A stretch of 64,000 bases of DNA from an uncultured Verrucomicrobiae bacterium (GTDB lineage: Bacteria; Verrucomicrobiota; Verrucomicrobiia; Limisphaerales; Palsa-1400): positions 384,001 to 448,000 of the forward strand of contig CAVPOM010000012.1 in the NCBI GenBank assembly GCA_963707025.1, written 5' to 3'. The notes below the pieces were generated by a model. The model did not search any database and was not told the DNA's origin. It saw only the letters and a program-made list of their open reading frames with translations. Of the stretch, positions 10,296 to 20,663 are shown in pieces. A program made the translations under genes and the position numbers. Numbering within the stretch: the first letter of the stretch is position 1; every line of letters begins with the position of its first letter.

Positions 10296-13200
10296 GCGAT
10301 TTCTACAAGGATTTTCTGCGCGAACCCGGCCGCCTGCCCAGTCAGACGCCGGGGCCGCGCATTACTTTGGGAGCGCTGGGCAAGCATCCCGGCTGGGACG
10401 ACCACATTGACGGTTTGCTGGGCACCGAAACGCTCGCGCTCTTCAAGAATTTTTTTTATATCCAGGGCATCGGGCGGGAAATTGACTCGGGCGCGTGGGA
10501 CAAGCCGGAAATCGCCGGCGACCTGATTGCTTTTGATCATTTCCTGATGTGGGTTCGCGGCGACCAGTTCCTGCTGGGGCGCCTCTGGGCCTCGTCCGAC
10601 GGCCGCGGACGGACCAAGTATCCCATGATCCTCTGCGCCCAATGCAACGGACTGCCTTTGGGCTGGGCGTTGCAACACATCCTCCCCAAGCTCGACCAAA
10701 TGCGCGACGCCTGCCGGAGCGCCCGGACCGCCGATGAAGTGCGCCAGATCATCCTGAGCGCGCAGGCCGAATTGCGGGAGAGGGCCGCCTTCGGGCCCAT
10801 TGGCCCCGAAGCAGAAGCGTCCCTTGATCGGGCGGCATTCCTGGCCGGGCCGGAGCTGGGGCCGGAGCGCATGGGTTTGATGCGGATTCTGCACGAGTTG
10901 GACTCCAATTTTTTCGCTTACAAGAGGGCCAGGTCCGGCAAGACCATCGGCGCCGACGTGCGCCCCCAGCACATCCGGGTTCCTCGCAATGCCGGGTCTC
11001 CGGCGGAATCGCTCTGGGCTTGGCGGGAGTTTTTTAATTTGCTGTTCCGACGAGACCTGCCGATGCTCTTCGTGGCGCCGGCAGGCAAATCGTGGCTGGA
11101 TATTTGCGCGGGGGAGCCGTCGCTCAACGAAATCTATCCATTGCGGGTCCAGTCGGTCGGCCTTGCCAGCAGCGTTCCCTATGAAATTGGCCCTGAAATC
11201 AAATCCTCCTGCGCCGAACTGGCCAGCCAGTTTGAGACGGGCCATGTCGTGCCGTCGGGGCAGACCGAAATCATCAGAAAAGCGGACCTCAAGCCAGCCG
11301 CCCCAAGCGGAACCTGGGACACGGCGCCAGCCGCGAAGCGATTCAACTGGAAAATCCTCGGCGCAGGAGGCGGAGGGCTGATTCTGCTGCTGCTGGTTTG
11401 CGTCCTTTGGCCCGGGCGCGGCAAGCATCCAACAACCCTGTCACCACCGCAGAAAGTGGAAACCAACCAACCGCCAGCGCCAAAGGCGCCTCCTCCGGAT
11501 ATGACCCCCCCGGTGGCTGTGTCCAAGACAGTTGGGGCTGTGGCAGGGAACCCGGTGCCCGTCAATCTGGAAGGAACGGATCCCAAAGGCCGTCCTGTCA
11601 CCTTTCAGATCGTCGCTCCGCCGTCGCACGGTCGCTTGAGCGGCGATCCGCCGAGTCTTCGCTATTCGCCGGAACCCAATTTCACGGGAACCGATTTTTT
11701 CACTTTCAAAGCGGTGCGCGACAAGGTCGTTTCCGAGCGGCGACCATTACCGTGCGCGTTGCTTCCCGCCCCCTGCCGCCGCAGTTGTCGGCTATGAAAG
11801 ACCAAACGATTGAGACGGGCGACAGCTTCAAGCCGTTGCCGTTCACGGTGACCGGCGACAAGACTCCCGCGGAACGGTTGACCACCAGGCTGGAGTCATC
11901 GGATCCCCTCTGGCTGCCGGCCAGTTCGTTAAGTTTGGATCGCAACGGCAGCAATTGGGCCGTGCGCATCAATCCTTCTCCGAGCCGCGCGGGCGCGGCC
12001 GATCTGGCCATTATCGCCTCGGACGGGGACGGCAACAGCGCCACCAACCATGTTCGGGTGGCGGTCACCTCGGCGGCTTGGTCTGCGCCCACCCTTGTAC
12101 TGCAGGGACCGGCACGGCAAGTCATCCGGGCCGGTTCGGAAATCGCCCCTGTTTCCTTCCAGGCGTCGGACACCAAGACCCCGGTTGACCGGTTAACCTG
12201 GTCGTTCGAGTCGTCCAACCCGGCGCTGCTTCCGGCGGCCGGGATTCAAGTCCGTCAGGAAGGGGCGGTGTGGCGGGTGGCGGCGGCGGCGGCGCCCGGA
12301 CAAACGGGAACCGCGTCGGTTACGGTGAGCTTGAAAAATGAGGGCGGTTTGGCCGCTACCAATCAGTTTCTGCTCGTGGTGCGAAAGCCGCCGGCCTTCA
12401 ATCAGGCCTTGGAAAAGGTGCAAATTGCGCGGGGCCAAACTTATCGCGGGGCCGTCAAAGCGAGCGACGCGGATCTTCCGGCGGCGCAACTCCAATTGAA
12501 GGCGCGCGTGGAACCCCTCGCTTGGGTCGCCCCCAACGTGCTCGGAGACGGCGCGGAATGGACCGTGGAGCTGGCCGCCCGCGACGCCGCCCCAGGGCGC
12601 GGCAAACTGATCCTGGAGTTGAGCGACGGCGAATTAACAGCCACCAACGAGTCCGTCATCGAAGTGGTCCCGCCGGAAGCGCCAGTGTTTGTCACCGCTC
12701 CGCAGGGGATCACGGAAATCCCGGCGGGAAAAACCTCGCCGCCCCTTGCCTTTGTCATCTCCAACAAGAATGGCACTCCAGACCAGATCCAATTTTCCGT
12801 TTCCTCCAACGATAAAAAGGCCATCCCGGACGAACATTTAACAGTCAGTTACGACGGCGGCTCCTGGCATTTGCAGATTACCCCCAATGACGGGGCCGCC
12901 GGACAGATCAGCTTGGACGCGGTGGCGAGCGACAACCTTGGAACGTCCGCCACCAACCGCTTCACCGTTGCAGTGGCTGCGTCCTCCGGGGTTCTTCGCA
13001 ATTCGCTGGGAATGGAGTTCGTTTGGGTGGACAACCTGCCCGGCACGGCGAAAGCGGGTTGGGACGCCGGACATCAAGGAGGCGGCTGGGTGGCCAAGTA
13101 CTTGGTCACGCAAAAAGACTTTTCAACCGTGATGCATGCCAATCCAAGCGCCTACAAAAGCGGAGGGGACTCGGCTCCTGTCGAAAGCATGAGTGCGGCG

Positions 13201-13593
13201 GATGTGGACGAATTCTGTCACAAATTGGCGGCTCAAGATCAAAGCAGCCGGCCTTGGCCGGCGGGGTGGTCCTGCCAGTTATTGACGCTGGAACAATGGA
13301 AATTCTGCGCTGCCAGCTCCCATGACGCCGATTGCATCCTGAGCACGCCGGACTTGAAGCGCCAGCATCCCGAGCGCGTCGGGTCTCTCGGCCCCAATGC
13401 ATTGGGACTCTTTGACGCCATCGGTAATGTCTATGAGGTCACTCTCGGCCCGGACAATGGCAAGCTGGTGGCCGGGGCCTGGTACTCGCAACCAAAGACG
13501 GCGGCGCTGGCCCTTAAATTCAGCTACCCGTTCACCCCGGGTTATTGGGCTGGCTTCCGCATCGCCATCCTGCCGGCCGTCCAAACTCCGTAG
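10292..13593 (+). CDS. TagF-like domain + TM + cadherin/Ig-like repeats + FGE-sulfatase-like domain; frameshift near 11737
   Basis: ATGA overlap with tssM; GALGKHPGWDD and SSDGRGR.KYP (TagF-like); TM LILLLLVCVLW; Ig-like repeats; NSLGMEFVWV..VTQ..PVE..PNALGLFDAIGNVYE..GFRI (FGE); frames join as VVSE-AATITVRV. Confidence 0.72.
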
Positions 13594-13598
13594 AACTT

Positions 13599-14721
13599 AT
13601 GAGCGCACCGTCCCAATACCTCGAACCTGTTTCTTCAGACGCCCCCTGCGGGGACGCCACCTCCGTCGGCAACCTGTGGCAACTGGATGGTCTGTTTACG
13701 CCTTCGGGGGCCGACTTGCTCAATTGGAAACCGGATTGGAAGGAAGTGACGAAAGTGGCGGAGAGGCTGCTGCCGAATTGCAAGCATGTCAAACTTGCCC
13801 TGATTTTTGGCGGCATGGCCATGCAAAAGGAGGGTCTGGGCGGTTTTCGGGACGGGCTGGGATTATTGCTGGGCTGGCTGGAGCGGTACTGGGACCATTT
13901 GTATCCCCAGTTGGACAAGGAACTGGCCGATCCTTACGAGCAAATGCTGGAAAGAATCAACGAATTGCGCAACCTGACCAACCAGGGCATCGGGGGCATC
14001 TCCGTGCTGGCTTGGCTCTATGGGACCACCATTTGCCGCTCCCGTTCCTTTGGCAACCTGAGTCTCCGGGCCGTGGCCATCGTTGCAGGCTCTGTCAAGC
14101 CGGTGGAAGGGGAAGCCGTGCCGACGGCGGGGGACACGCCGATGACGGCGGCCCAACTGGACGCGGCCTTCCGCGAGTTCCAGGAGGCCGAGCCGGATGA
14201 ACTGGCGGCGCAGATTCAGGCGGTCAAGGAATCCCAGGAAATCCTGGGCAAACTGGACGCGTTTATTTCGGAGAAGGCCGGTCCCGGGCGCGGTCCCAGC
14301 CTGGGCCCATTGGACCAGGCGCTGGAGTTGCTGGAGAAATGTCTGGGCTCGCAGGCCGGGGAGGCGGCTCCGGCGGCCGGGGCGGCCCCCGTGGCCGCCG
14401 GGGCGCGGCCAGCGGAGGCTCCGGCGGCCGGGGGAAAGATCAGTTCGCGCGGGGAGGCGCTGAAATCCATCGCGGCCATCTGCGAGTATTATCGGCGCTG
14501 CGAGCCCCTCCAGCCCGGTGCCGCTGCTGTTGCAACGGGCCGGGCGCCTGATCGAAATGGACTTTTTGCAAATTGTGGAGGATTTGTCCATTGAAGGCGG
14601 CGACCAGGCCCGGCGCCTGTTGGTGGGGGCCAAAAAAGGAGCCGGAAGAAAGCGCGAAATCTTGAAGAAATTGCTTGCAATTGACAACAGTTGCTGCCAA
14701 AGTATGGCTTATCGTATTTAA
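13599..14721 (+). CDS. tssA: T6SS TssA (ImpA_N, short type), frameshifted near 14507; true stop may be 14665
   Basis: YLEPVSSDAPCG, LERYWDHLYP, YYRRCEPSSPVPLLLQRA restored by deleting one C in gagcccctcc. Confidence 0.88.
14681..14708 (+). promoter_or_regulatory. Possible sigma70-type promoter upstream of tssB
   Basis: TTGACA at 14681, 16-bp spacer, weak -10 TATGGC in an AT-rich patch. Confidence 0.3.
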
Positions 14722-14794
14722 CTGGCAGTGCGGTCGTTTGGCGCGCCTTGAGTGAGACGCGCCGGTCCACAGTCAACAATCAGATTGTCTTATT

Positions 14795-15304
14795 ATGGCC
14801 AAAAGTCAAAAATTCATCGAGAGGAACCGCGCCCCGCGGGTTCAAATTGCCTACGACATCGAAACCTTTGACGGGGCAAAGCGTGTGGAACTGCCCTTCA
14901 TTGTGGGCGTGATGGCCGATCTGTCGGGCAAGCCGGAGGACCCGCTGGCGCCGGTGGCGGACCGGAAATTCAGCGAAATAGACATGGACAACTTTGATGA
15001 CACGCTCAAGGCGGCCAAGCCGCGGGTGGCCTTTCAAGTGCCCAACACCCTGACCAAGGAAGGCAACCTGAGCGTGGCCATCACCTTTGACCGCATGGAG
15101 GATTTTTCGCCGGCGGCGGTGGCGCGCAAGGTGGAACCGCTGCGCAAGCTCTTCGAGGCGCGGCAGCGGCTGGACAATCTGCTCAGCTATGTGGACGGCA
15201 AGGCGGACGCCGAACAACTCCTGGCCGACATATTGGACAACAAGGCGCTGATGCAGGCGCTCTGCGCCGCCCCCAATCCGGCGAAAGAAGAAGAGAAAAA
15301 ATAG
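14795..15304 (+). CDS. tssB: T6SS sheath small subunit TssB/VipA
   Basis: NRAPRVQIAYD, ELPFIVGVMADLSG, DFSPAAVARKV. Confidence 0.97.
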   Translation: MAKSQKFIERNRAPRVQIAYDIETFDGAKRVELPFIVGVMADLSGKPEDPLAPVADRKFSEIDMDNFDDTLKAAKPRVAFQVPNTLTKEGNLSVAITFDRMEDFSPAAVARKVEPLRKLFEARQRLDNLLSYVDGKADAEQLLADILDNKALMQALCAAPNPAKEEEKK

Positions 15305-15319
15305 CCACGAGGAGATTTT

Positions 15320-16819
15320 ATGGCAACCAACACGAAACTTCAAAAAGCGGCGGAGTCCCTGCAACAAGGAGACAGCAACCCGTTCGAGCAGCTTGTCAAA
15401 GGAACGGTCAAACCGCGGGGCGACGCCGAGTTGACGGCTGTCAAACAGGCGGTGCAAACCCTGGCAGAAAAGGCGCTGGAAGGGGTGGCGCTGGTCCCCG
15501 GCGACGCCATCCGCACCATCAAGTCCATCATCGCGGAAATTGACGCCAAACTATCCGAGCAGATCAACCAAATCATTCACCATCCTGATTTTCAGGCCCT
15601 GGAGAGCACCTGGCGGGGGCTGCACCACCTGGTGTTCAACACGGAGACGGACACGATGTTGAAGATCCGGGTGCTGAACGTTTCCAAGAAGGACGCCGCC
15701 AAGGACCTGAAACGATTCCCCGGCGCGGCCTGGGACCAAAGCCCGCTGTTCAAAAAGATCTACGGGGCGGAGTACGACATGCTGGGCGGCACGCCTTACG
15801 GCTGCCTGGTGGGGGACTATTTTATTGACAATACGCCCGAGGACATTGGATTTCTCTCCGACATGGCGAAAATCGCGGCGGCGGCGCACGCCCCGTTCCT
15901 GTGCGCGGCGGATCCGGGGATGGTGCGCATGGAGTCGTGGCAGGAATTGAGCCAGCCGCGGGACCTGGCCAAAATCTTCGACAGCCCGGCCCACGCGCAG
16001 TGGGCGGCCTTCCGCAAACAAGAGGATGCGGCCTATGTCGGGCTGGCCATGCCGCGGTTCCTGGGGCGGCTGCCCTACGGCACCAAGGCCAAGAACCCGC
16101 TGGATGAATTCGCCTTTGAAGAGGACACCGACGGCAAGGACCATGCCAAATTTCTTTGGAGCAATTCGGCCTTTGCCATGGCGGCGAACATTACCCGGTC
16201 CTTCAAGCAGTTTGGCTGGTGCACCCGCATTCGGGGCGTGGAGTCGGGGGGCACGGTGTCGGAGCTTCCCTGCTACACCTTTCCCACCGACGACGGGGGC
16301 ACGGACATGAAATGCCCGACGGAATTAGGCATCGGAGACCGGCGGGGAGCGGAGCTGGACAAGCTGGGTTTTATACCGCTCTACCATCGCAAGGGCACGA
16401 CGGACGCGACCTTTATCGGGGCGCAGTCGGTGTTTCAGCCGGGCAAGTATTATGATCCGGATGCGGAGGCCAATTCCAATTTGACGGCGCGGCTCTATTA
16501 TATGTTTCCCATCTGCCGGTTTGCGCATTATCTCAAGACGATGGTGCGGGACAAGATCGGGGCCTTCAAGGAACGGTCGGACATGGAGGCCTGGCTGAAC
16601 AATTGGATCGCCAATTACGTGCTGCTCAACCCGGACGCGGGGGAGCAGGCCAAGGCGGAAAAGCCGCTCTCCGCCGCGGAGGTGAAGGTGCAGGAAGTGC
16701 CGGGCAATCCCGGCTATTACACCGCGCAGTTCTGGCTGCGGCCCCATTATCAACTGGAGGGATTGAACGTATCCCTGCGGCTGACCTCCAAGCTGCCGTC
16801 GGTCAAGGCGGGCGGGTGA
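15320..16819 (+). CDS. tssC: T6SS sheath large subunit TssC/VipB
   Basis: FQALESTWRGL, IAAAAHAPF, PRFLGRLPYG, RFAHYLK, LRPHYQLEG. Confidence 0.97.
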   Translation: MATNTKLQKAAESLQQGDSNPFEQLVKGTVKPRGDAELTAVKQAVQTLAEKALEGVALVPGDAIRTIKSIIAEIDAKLSEQINQIIHHPDFQALESTWRGLHHLVFNTETDTMLKIRVLNVSKKDAAKDLKRFPGAAWDQSPLFKKIYGAEYDMLGGTPYGCLVGDYFIDNTPEDIGFLSDMAKIAAAAHAPFLCAADPGMVRMESWQELSQPRDLAKIFDSPAHAQWAAFRKQEDAAYVGLAMPRFLGRLPYGTKAKNPLDEFAFEEDTDGKDHAKFLWSNSAFAMAANITRSFKQFGWCTRIRGVESGGTVSELPCYTFPTDDGGTDMKCPTELGIGDRRGAELDKLGFIPLYHRKGTTDATFIGAQSVFQPGKYYDPDAEANSNLTARLYYMFPICRFAHYLKTMVRDKIGAFKERSDMEAWLNNWIANYVLLNPDAGEQAKAEKPLSAAEVKVQEVPGNPGYYTAQFWLRPHYQLEGLNVSLRLTSKLPSVKAGG

Positions 16820-16920
16820 TCGCGCCGGAGATTTTCCGCTTGCGGTGCGAGGCGGGAAGGAAAAAACAACGATGCCTGCACCAGCATCGCAGCAAATCAG
16901 CAAAAGAAAGGCGGTAATTT

Positions 16921-17421
16921 ATGGCATTTAGTGCTTATCTTAAAATAGCAACGATCGAAGGCGAGGCCACGGCCAAGGGATACGAGAAAACCATTGAGTG
17001 TGATTCCTACAGCCATCTTCTGTCCCAGCACAGTGGCGGGAGCATGTCCGCCGCCGGCGGGCTGAGCGGCGGACGCGCCGATCATGGCGAGTTTGTCATC
17101 ACCCATTCGCTGGACAAATCGTCCCCGAAATTCAACTTGGCCTGCTGCACTGGCGAACCTCTCAAGGAGATCAACGTGGATGTCTTGCGGGCGACGGGCG
17201 AAGGGGCGGGGACAAAATTCATGAATTACAAAATGAGCGACGTGATCGTCAGTTCGGTTTCCCTGGCCGGCAACTCCAGGGGAGGCGAACCGCTGCCCAA
17301 GGAAGAGGTTCATTTCGCCTACGGCAAGATTGAATGGACCTACACGGAAATCGGCCACGATGGCAAGAAGAAGGGCGATGTCAAGACTGGCTGGAGCGTG
17401 ACCCAAGGCACCAAGGTCTAG
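16921..17421 (+). CDS. hcp: T6SS tube protein Hcp
   Basis: AYLKIATIEGE, LDKSSPK, EEVHFAYGKIEWTY; follows tssC. Confidence 0.95.
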   Translation: MAFSAYLKIATIEGEATAKGYEKTIECDSYSHLLSQHSGGSMSAAGGLSGGRADHGEFVITHSLDKSSPKFNLACCTGEPLKEINVDVLRATGEGAGTKFMNYKMSDVIVSSVSLAGNSRGGEPLPKEEVHFAYGKIEWTYTEIGHDGKKKGDVKTGWSVTQGTKV

Positions 17422-17474
17422 CGGGTGGCGGAGGCCCTCACAAGCAGGGGTGAAAGGCCCGACCCGCACCGAAT

Positions 17475-18293
17475 ATGGATGCCGCCAGTCATCTCAAAGA
17501 AGGCCGGTTGGAAGAGAGCCTGGCCGGCCTGCTGGAGGATATTCGCCGGAAACCGGAAGATGTCACCCTTCGTTTGTTCCTGTTCCAACTGGCCGCGGTT
17601 TTGGGGCAGTGGGACCGGTGCCAGACGCAATTGCGCCTGGTGGAAACGCTGGGGCCGGAGACGCAATGGCTGGGCAAGGTCTTTCAGCAAGTGGTGCAGG
17701 CGGAGTTTGTGCGCTCGCAGGTGTTTGCGGGCAAACTGGCGCCGTTGTTGTTTGGCGAGCCGGAAGAATGGATGGGATGGTTTGTCCAGGCGCTCACACT
17801 GGTCAACCAGGGCAGTCTGGCCCAAGCCAAAGCGTTGCGCGAGCAGGCCCTCGAGGCCGCCCCCGCCAATGCCGGCACGGTCAACGGCCGTGCGTTTGCC
17901 TGGATCATGGACGCCGACCCCAGGATGGGACCGTTCCTGGAAGTCATTATTGGCGGTTCCTACTATTGGGTTCCCTTCAGCCGCATCCGCCAAATTCGCG
18001 CGGAGAAGCCAAACGACTTGCGGGATTTGGTGTGGATGCCGGCCAATTTTACCTGGGCCAACGGCGGGGAAATGGGCGGTCATATTCCGGTGCGCTATGC
18101 GGGGACCGAGCTGCAAAGCGACAACGAGCTGAAACTGGCGCGCCGCACCGACTGGATCGCCCAAGCCGACGGCAGCCAGTTCGGCCTGGGCCAGCGCCTC
18201 CTGGCCACGGACAACGAAGATGTGGCGCTTTTGGAAATGCGCCATGTGGAATTAGTTGCGCCGCCGGGCGCCGACCAGCCATGCCCGACCTGA
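17475..18293 (+). CDS. tagJ: T6SS accessory TagJ/ImpE (SciE)
   Basis: LFQLAAVLGQWDR, DADPRMGP, RDLVWMPA, IPVRY, LARRTDW, GLGQR. Confidence 0.92.
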   Translation: MDAASHLKEGRLEESLAGLLEDIRRKPEDVTLRLFLFQLAAVLGQWDRCQTQLRLVETLGPETQWLGKVFQQVVQAEFVRSQVFAGKLAPLLFGEPEEWMGWFVQALTLVNQGSLAQAKALREQALEAAPANAGTVNGRAFAWIMDADPRMGPFLEVIIGGSYYWVPFSRIRQIRAEKPNDLRDLVWMPANFTWANGGEMGGHIPVRYAGTELQSDNELKLARRTDWIAQADGSQFGLGQRLLATDNEDVALLEMRHVELVAPPGADQPCPT

Positions 18294-18781
18294 CCCCTTT
18301 CGAGAAACTGCAGCCTTGCCTGCTGGATCGTTTGAGCGACGAGGCGCCGGGTCATTTGCAAGAGAGCCGCAGCGAACGGGTCATTTCGCTGATACGTTAC
18401 AAGGAATCGGTCATGCGGGACTTGCTCTGGCTGTTCAACACGACCGCCTATCCGCCCGACTCGGAGATTTATGAGTTTCCCGCCGCCGCCTCTTCGGTCA
18501 TGAATTATGGCTGCCGCAACTTGTGCGGCATGACCCTGGGCACGATTGATCTGGTGGAATGGGAACGCCATCTGCTGACGGTCGTGCGCAATTTTGAGCC
18601 GCGCATCATTCCGCAGACCGCGTCGGTGCATGCCTCGGTTGACCAATGGAACCGGCATCCCTTGACCTTCGATATCCGCGGCGAATTGTGGGCCAAACCC
18701 ATCCCCGAGCATATTTGGTTGAAAACGGCGGTTGACCTGGATACCGGCCGATTCTTGTTTGGGGACCGGCTGCATGAATAG
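18281..18781 (+). CDS. tssE: T6SS baseplate TssE (gp25-like)
   Basis: LQPCLLDRL, VMRDLLWLFNT, SSVMNYG, NFEPRI, FDIRGELW. Confidence 0.93.
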   Translation: MPDLTPFEKLQPCLLDRLSDEAPGHLQESRSERVISLIRYKESVMRDLLWLFNTTAYPPDSEIYEFPAAASSVMNYGCRNLCGMTLGTIDLVEWERHLLTVVRNFEPRIIPQTASVHASVDQWNRHPLTFDIRGELWAKPIPEHIWLKTAVDLDTGRFLFGDRLHE

Positions 18782-20663
18782 AAAATTTCTGCAATACTAC
18801 GAGCAGGAGCTGCTCTTCGTGCGTCAGATGGCGGGCGAGTTTGCCCGCGAGCATCCCAAAATCGCCGGTCGCCTGGCGTTGGACAGCGAGGGCAATGAGG
18901 CCTGTCCGGATCCTTTTGTGGAGCGTCTGCTCGAAGGATTCGCCTTCTTGTCCGCGCGCATCAACCTGAAGCTGGATGCCGAATTTCCGCGCTTCACCCA
19001 GGCGCTCTTGGAAACGGTGTTTCCGCATTTTTTGGCCCCGCTGCCCTCCCTGGGCATTGTGCGGTTCCAACCCGAGCCGGATGCCCCCGGAGAAGGGTTT
19101 GTCATTGAGCGGGGCGCCGTGCTGCGCAGCATTCCCGGCGGGGGCAGGGAAAAGGGGGAAGTGTTCACTTCCTGCGCCTTTCGCACCGCCCATGCCGTGC
19201 GCCTGCTGCCGTTGCGCGTCCTCCAGGCGCAATACTACACGCGCGACCTGAGCGAATTGGAGTTGCCCCAGGATGCCGCGGTGGCGGCGGCCCTGCGCCT
19301 GCGCTTGCAAACCCTGGGCAATCAACCGGTGGCGGAGGTGGATTACAACGCCCTGACTTTCTTCCTGGCCGGCGGCGAATTGGGGCCGATGCTGTACGAG
19401 CAATTATTTGGCCGGGCCCTCAACGTCCTGGTGCGCCCGGTCGGAATTCGTTCCTCCAATGTTCCGCTCCTGCCCTCCGGGGTGATCAGGCCGGTGGGCT
19501 TTGGCGAAGAAGAGGCTCTGCTGCCACCGACCCCGCGCAGTTACGACGGCTATCGCCTGCTGCGGGAGTACTTCACGCTGCCGGAGCGTTTTCTGTTTTT
19601 CCAACTCAACGGGTTGAAAGGGGCGGCGCTGCCGGGGGATCAGTTGGACATCATCATCACCTTCAAGGCCCGGGAAGCCCGGCTGGAACGGCGGGTGCAG
19701 CCGGCCTGTTTTGAACTGGGCTGCACGCCGGTGGTGAATCTTTTTTCCAAACAACTGGATGAGATTCATTTGACAGATCAGTTTTCCGAGTTCCTCGCCG
19801 TCCCGGATCGCACCCGGCCGCTGGATTTTGAGGTTTATGACATCGAGCAAGTCACCGGGGTGGGGGAGCTGGCCGGCCAGGAGCAGACCTTCCGGCCGTT
19901 TTACTGGTCCAAGGACGACGGCACCGGCGGGGAGCCTTACTACACCCTCAACCGGGTGGAACGCCAACTGACCGTGCGCGAGAAGAGACTCGGCGCCCGC
20001 TCGGATTATGTCGGCTCCGACGTTTTCCTCTCGCTCTGTGACGGCAACTCGGCGCCGTATAATTCCCGCCAGGCGGAGTTGATCAGCCCTTACAACAAGC
20101 TGCGCTTGCGCGCGCTGTGCAGCAACCGCCACCTCCCCATCCAAATGACGGTGGGCGAGGGGCACACCGACTTCGACATCATCTCCGGACCGGTTCAGTC
20201 CATTCGCTGCATTGTCGGGCCGACGCCCCCCAAGCCGTCTTGCGCCAACGGAGAGTTCGCCTGGCGGCTGGTCAGCCATTTGTCCTTGAATTATCTGTCG
20301 CTGTTGGACAAGGGGGACGAAGGGGCGGCTCCCCTGCGCGAGCTGCTGGGCCTCTACGTGCAGGACGGGGATGCCGCGGCGGAAAAGCAAATCCAGGGCT
20401 TGCGCTCGGTCCAGTCCAAACCGACGGTGCGCCGGGTGGAGGTGCCCGGGCCGATTTCATTTGCGCGCGGACTGGAAATCACGCTGCTTTTTGATGAAGA
20501 TGCCTTTCACGGCGCCGGAGTGTTTCTCTTCGGGGCGGTGCTGCAGCGATTTTTCGCGCGCTACGTGTCGCTCAATTCGTTCACAGAAACCGTCATCACC
20601 TCATTGCAAAGAAAGGAGATCATGCGATGGCCCCCCCAACTGGGCAGACGACCGATGCTTTGA
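18774..20663 (+). CDS. tssF: T6SS baseplate TssF
   Basis: YYEQEL..EFAREHPKIA, DPFVERLLEGFAFL, WRLVSHLSLNYLSL, YVSLNSFT. Confidence 0.96.
   Translation: MNRKFLQYYEQELLFVRQMAGEFAREHPKIAGRLALDSEGNEACPDPFVERLLEGFAFLSARINLKLDAEFPRFTQALLETVFPHFLAPLPSLGIVRFQPEPDAPGEGFVIERGAVLRSIPGGGREKGEVFTSCAFRTAHAVRLLPLRVLQAQYYTRDLSELELPQDAAVAAALRLRLQTLGNQPVAEVDYNALTFFLAGGELGPMLYEQLFGRALNVLVRPVGIRSSNVPLLPSGVIRPVGFGEEEALLPPTPRSYDGYRLLREYFTLPERFLFFQLNGLKGAALPGDQLDIIITFKAREARLERRVQPACFELGCTPVVNLFSKQLDEIHLTDQFSEFLAVPDRTRPLDFEVYDIEQVTGVGELAGQEQTFRPFYWSKDDGTGGEPYYTLNRVERQLTVREKRLGARSDYVGSDVFLSLCDGNSAPYNSRQAELISPYNKLRLRALCSNRHLPIQMTVGEGHTDFDIISGPVQSIRCIVGPTPPKPSCANGEFAWRLVSHLSLNYLSLLDKGDEGAAPLRELLGLYVQDGDAAAEKQIQGLRSVQSKPTVRRVEVPGPISFARGLEITLLFDEDAFHGAGVFLFGAVLQRFFARYVSLNSFTETVITSLQRKEIMRWPPQLGRRPML

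Noticed and set aside
17450..18781. 443-aa ORF overlapping tagJ
   Set aside because: Only the part from ATG 18281 is TssE; the rest is a shadow frame
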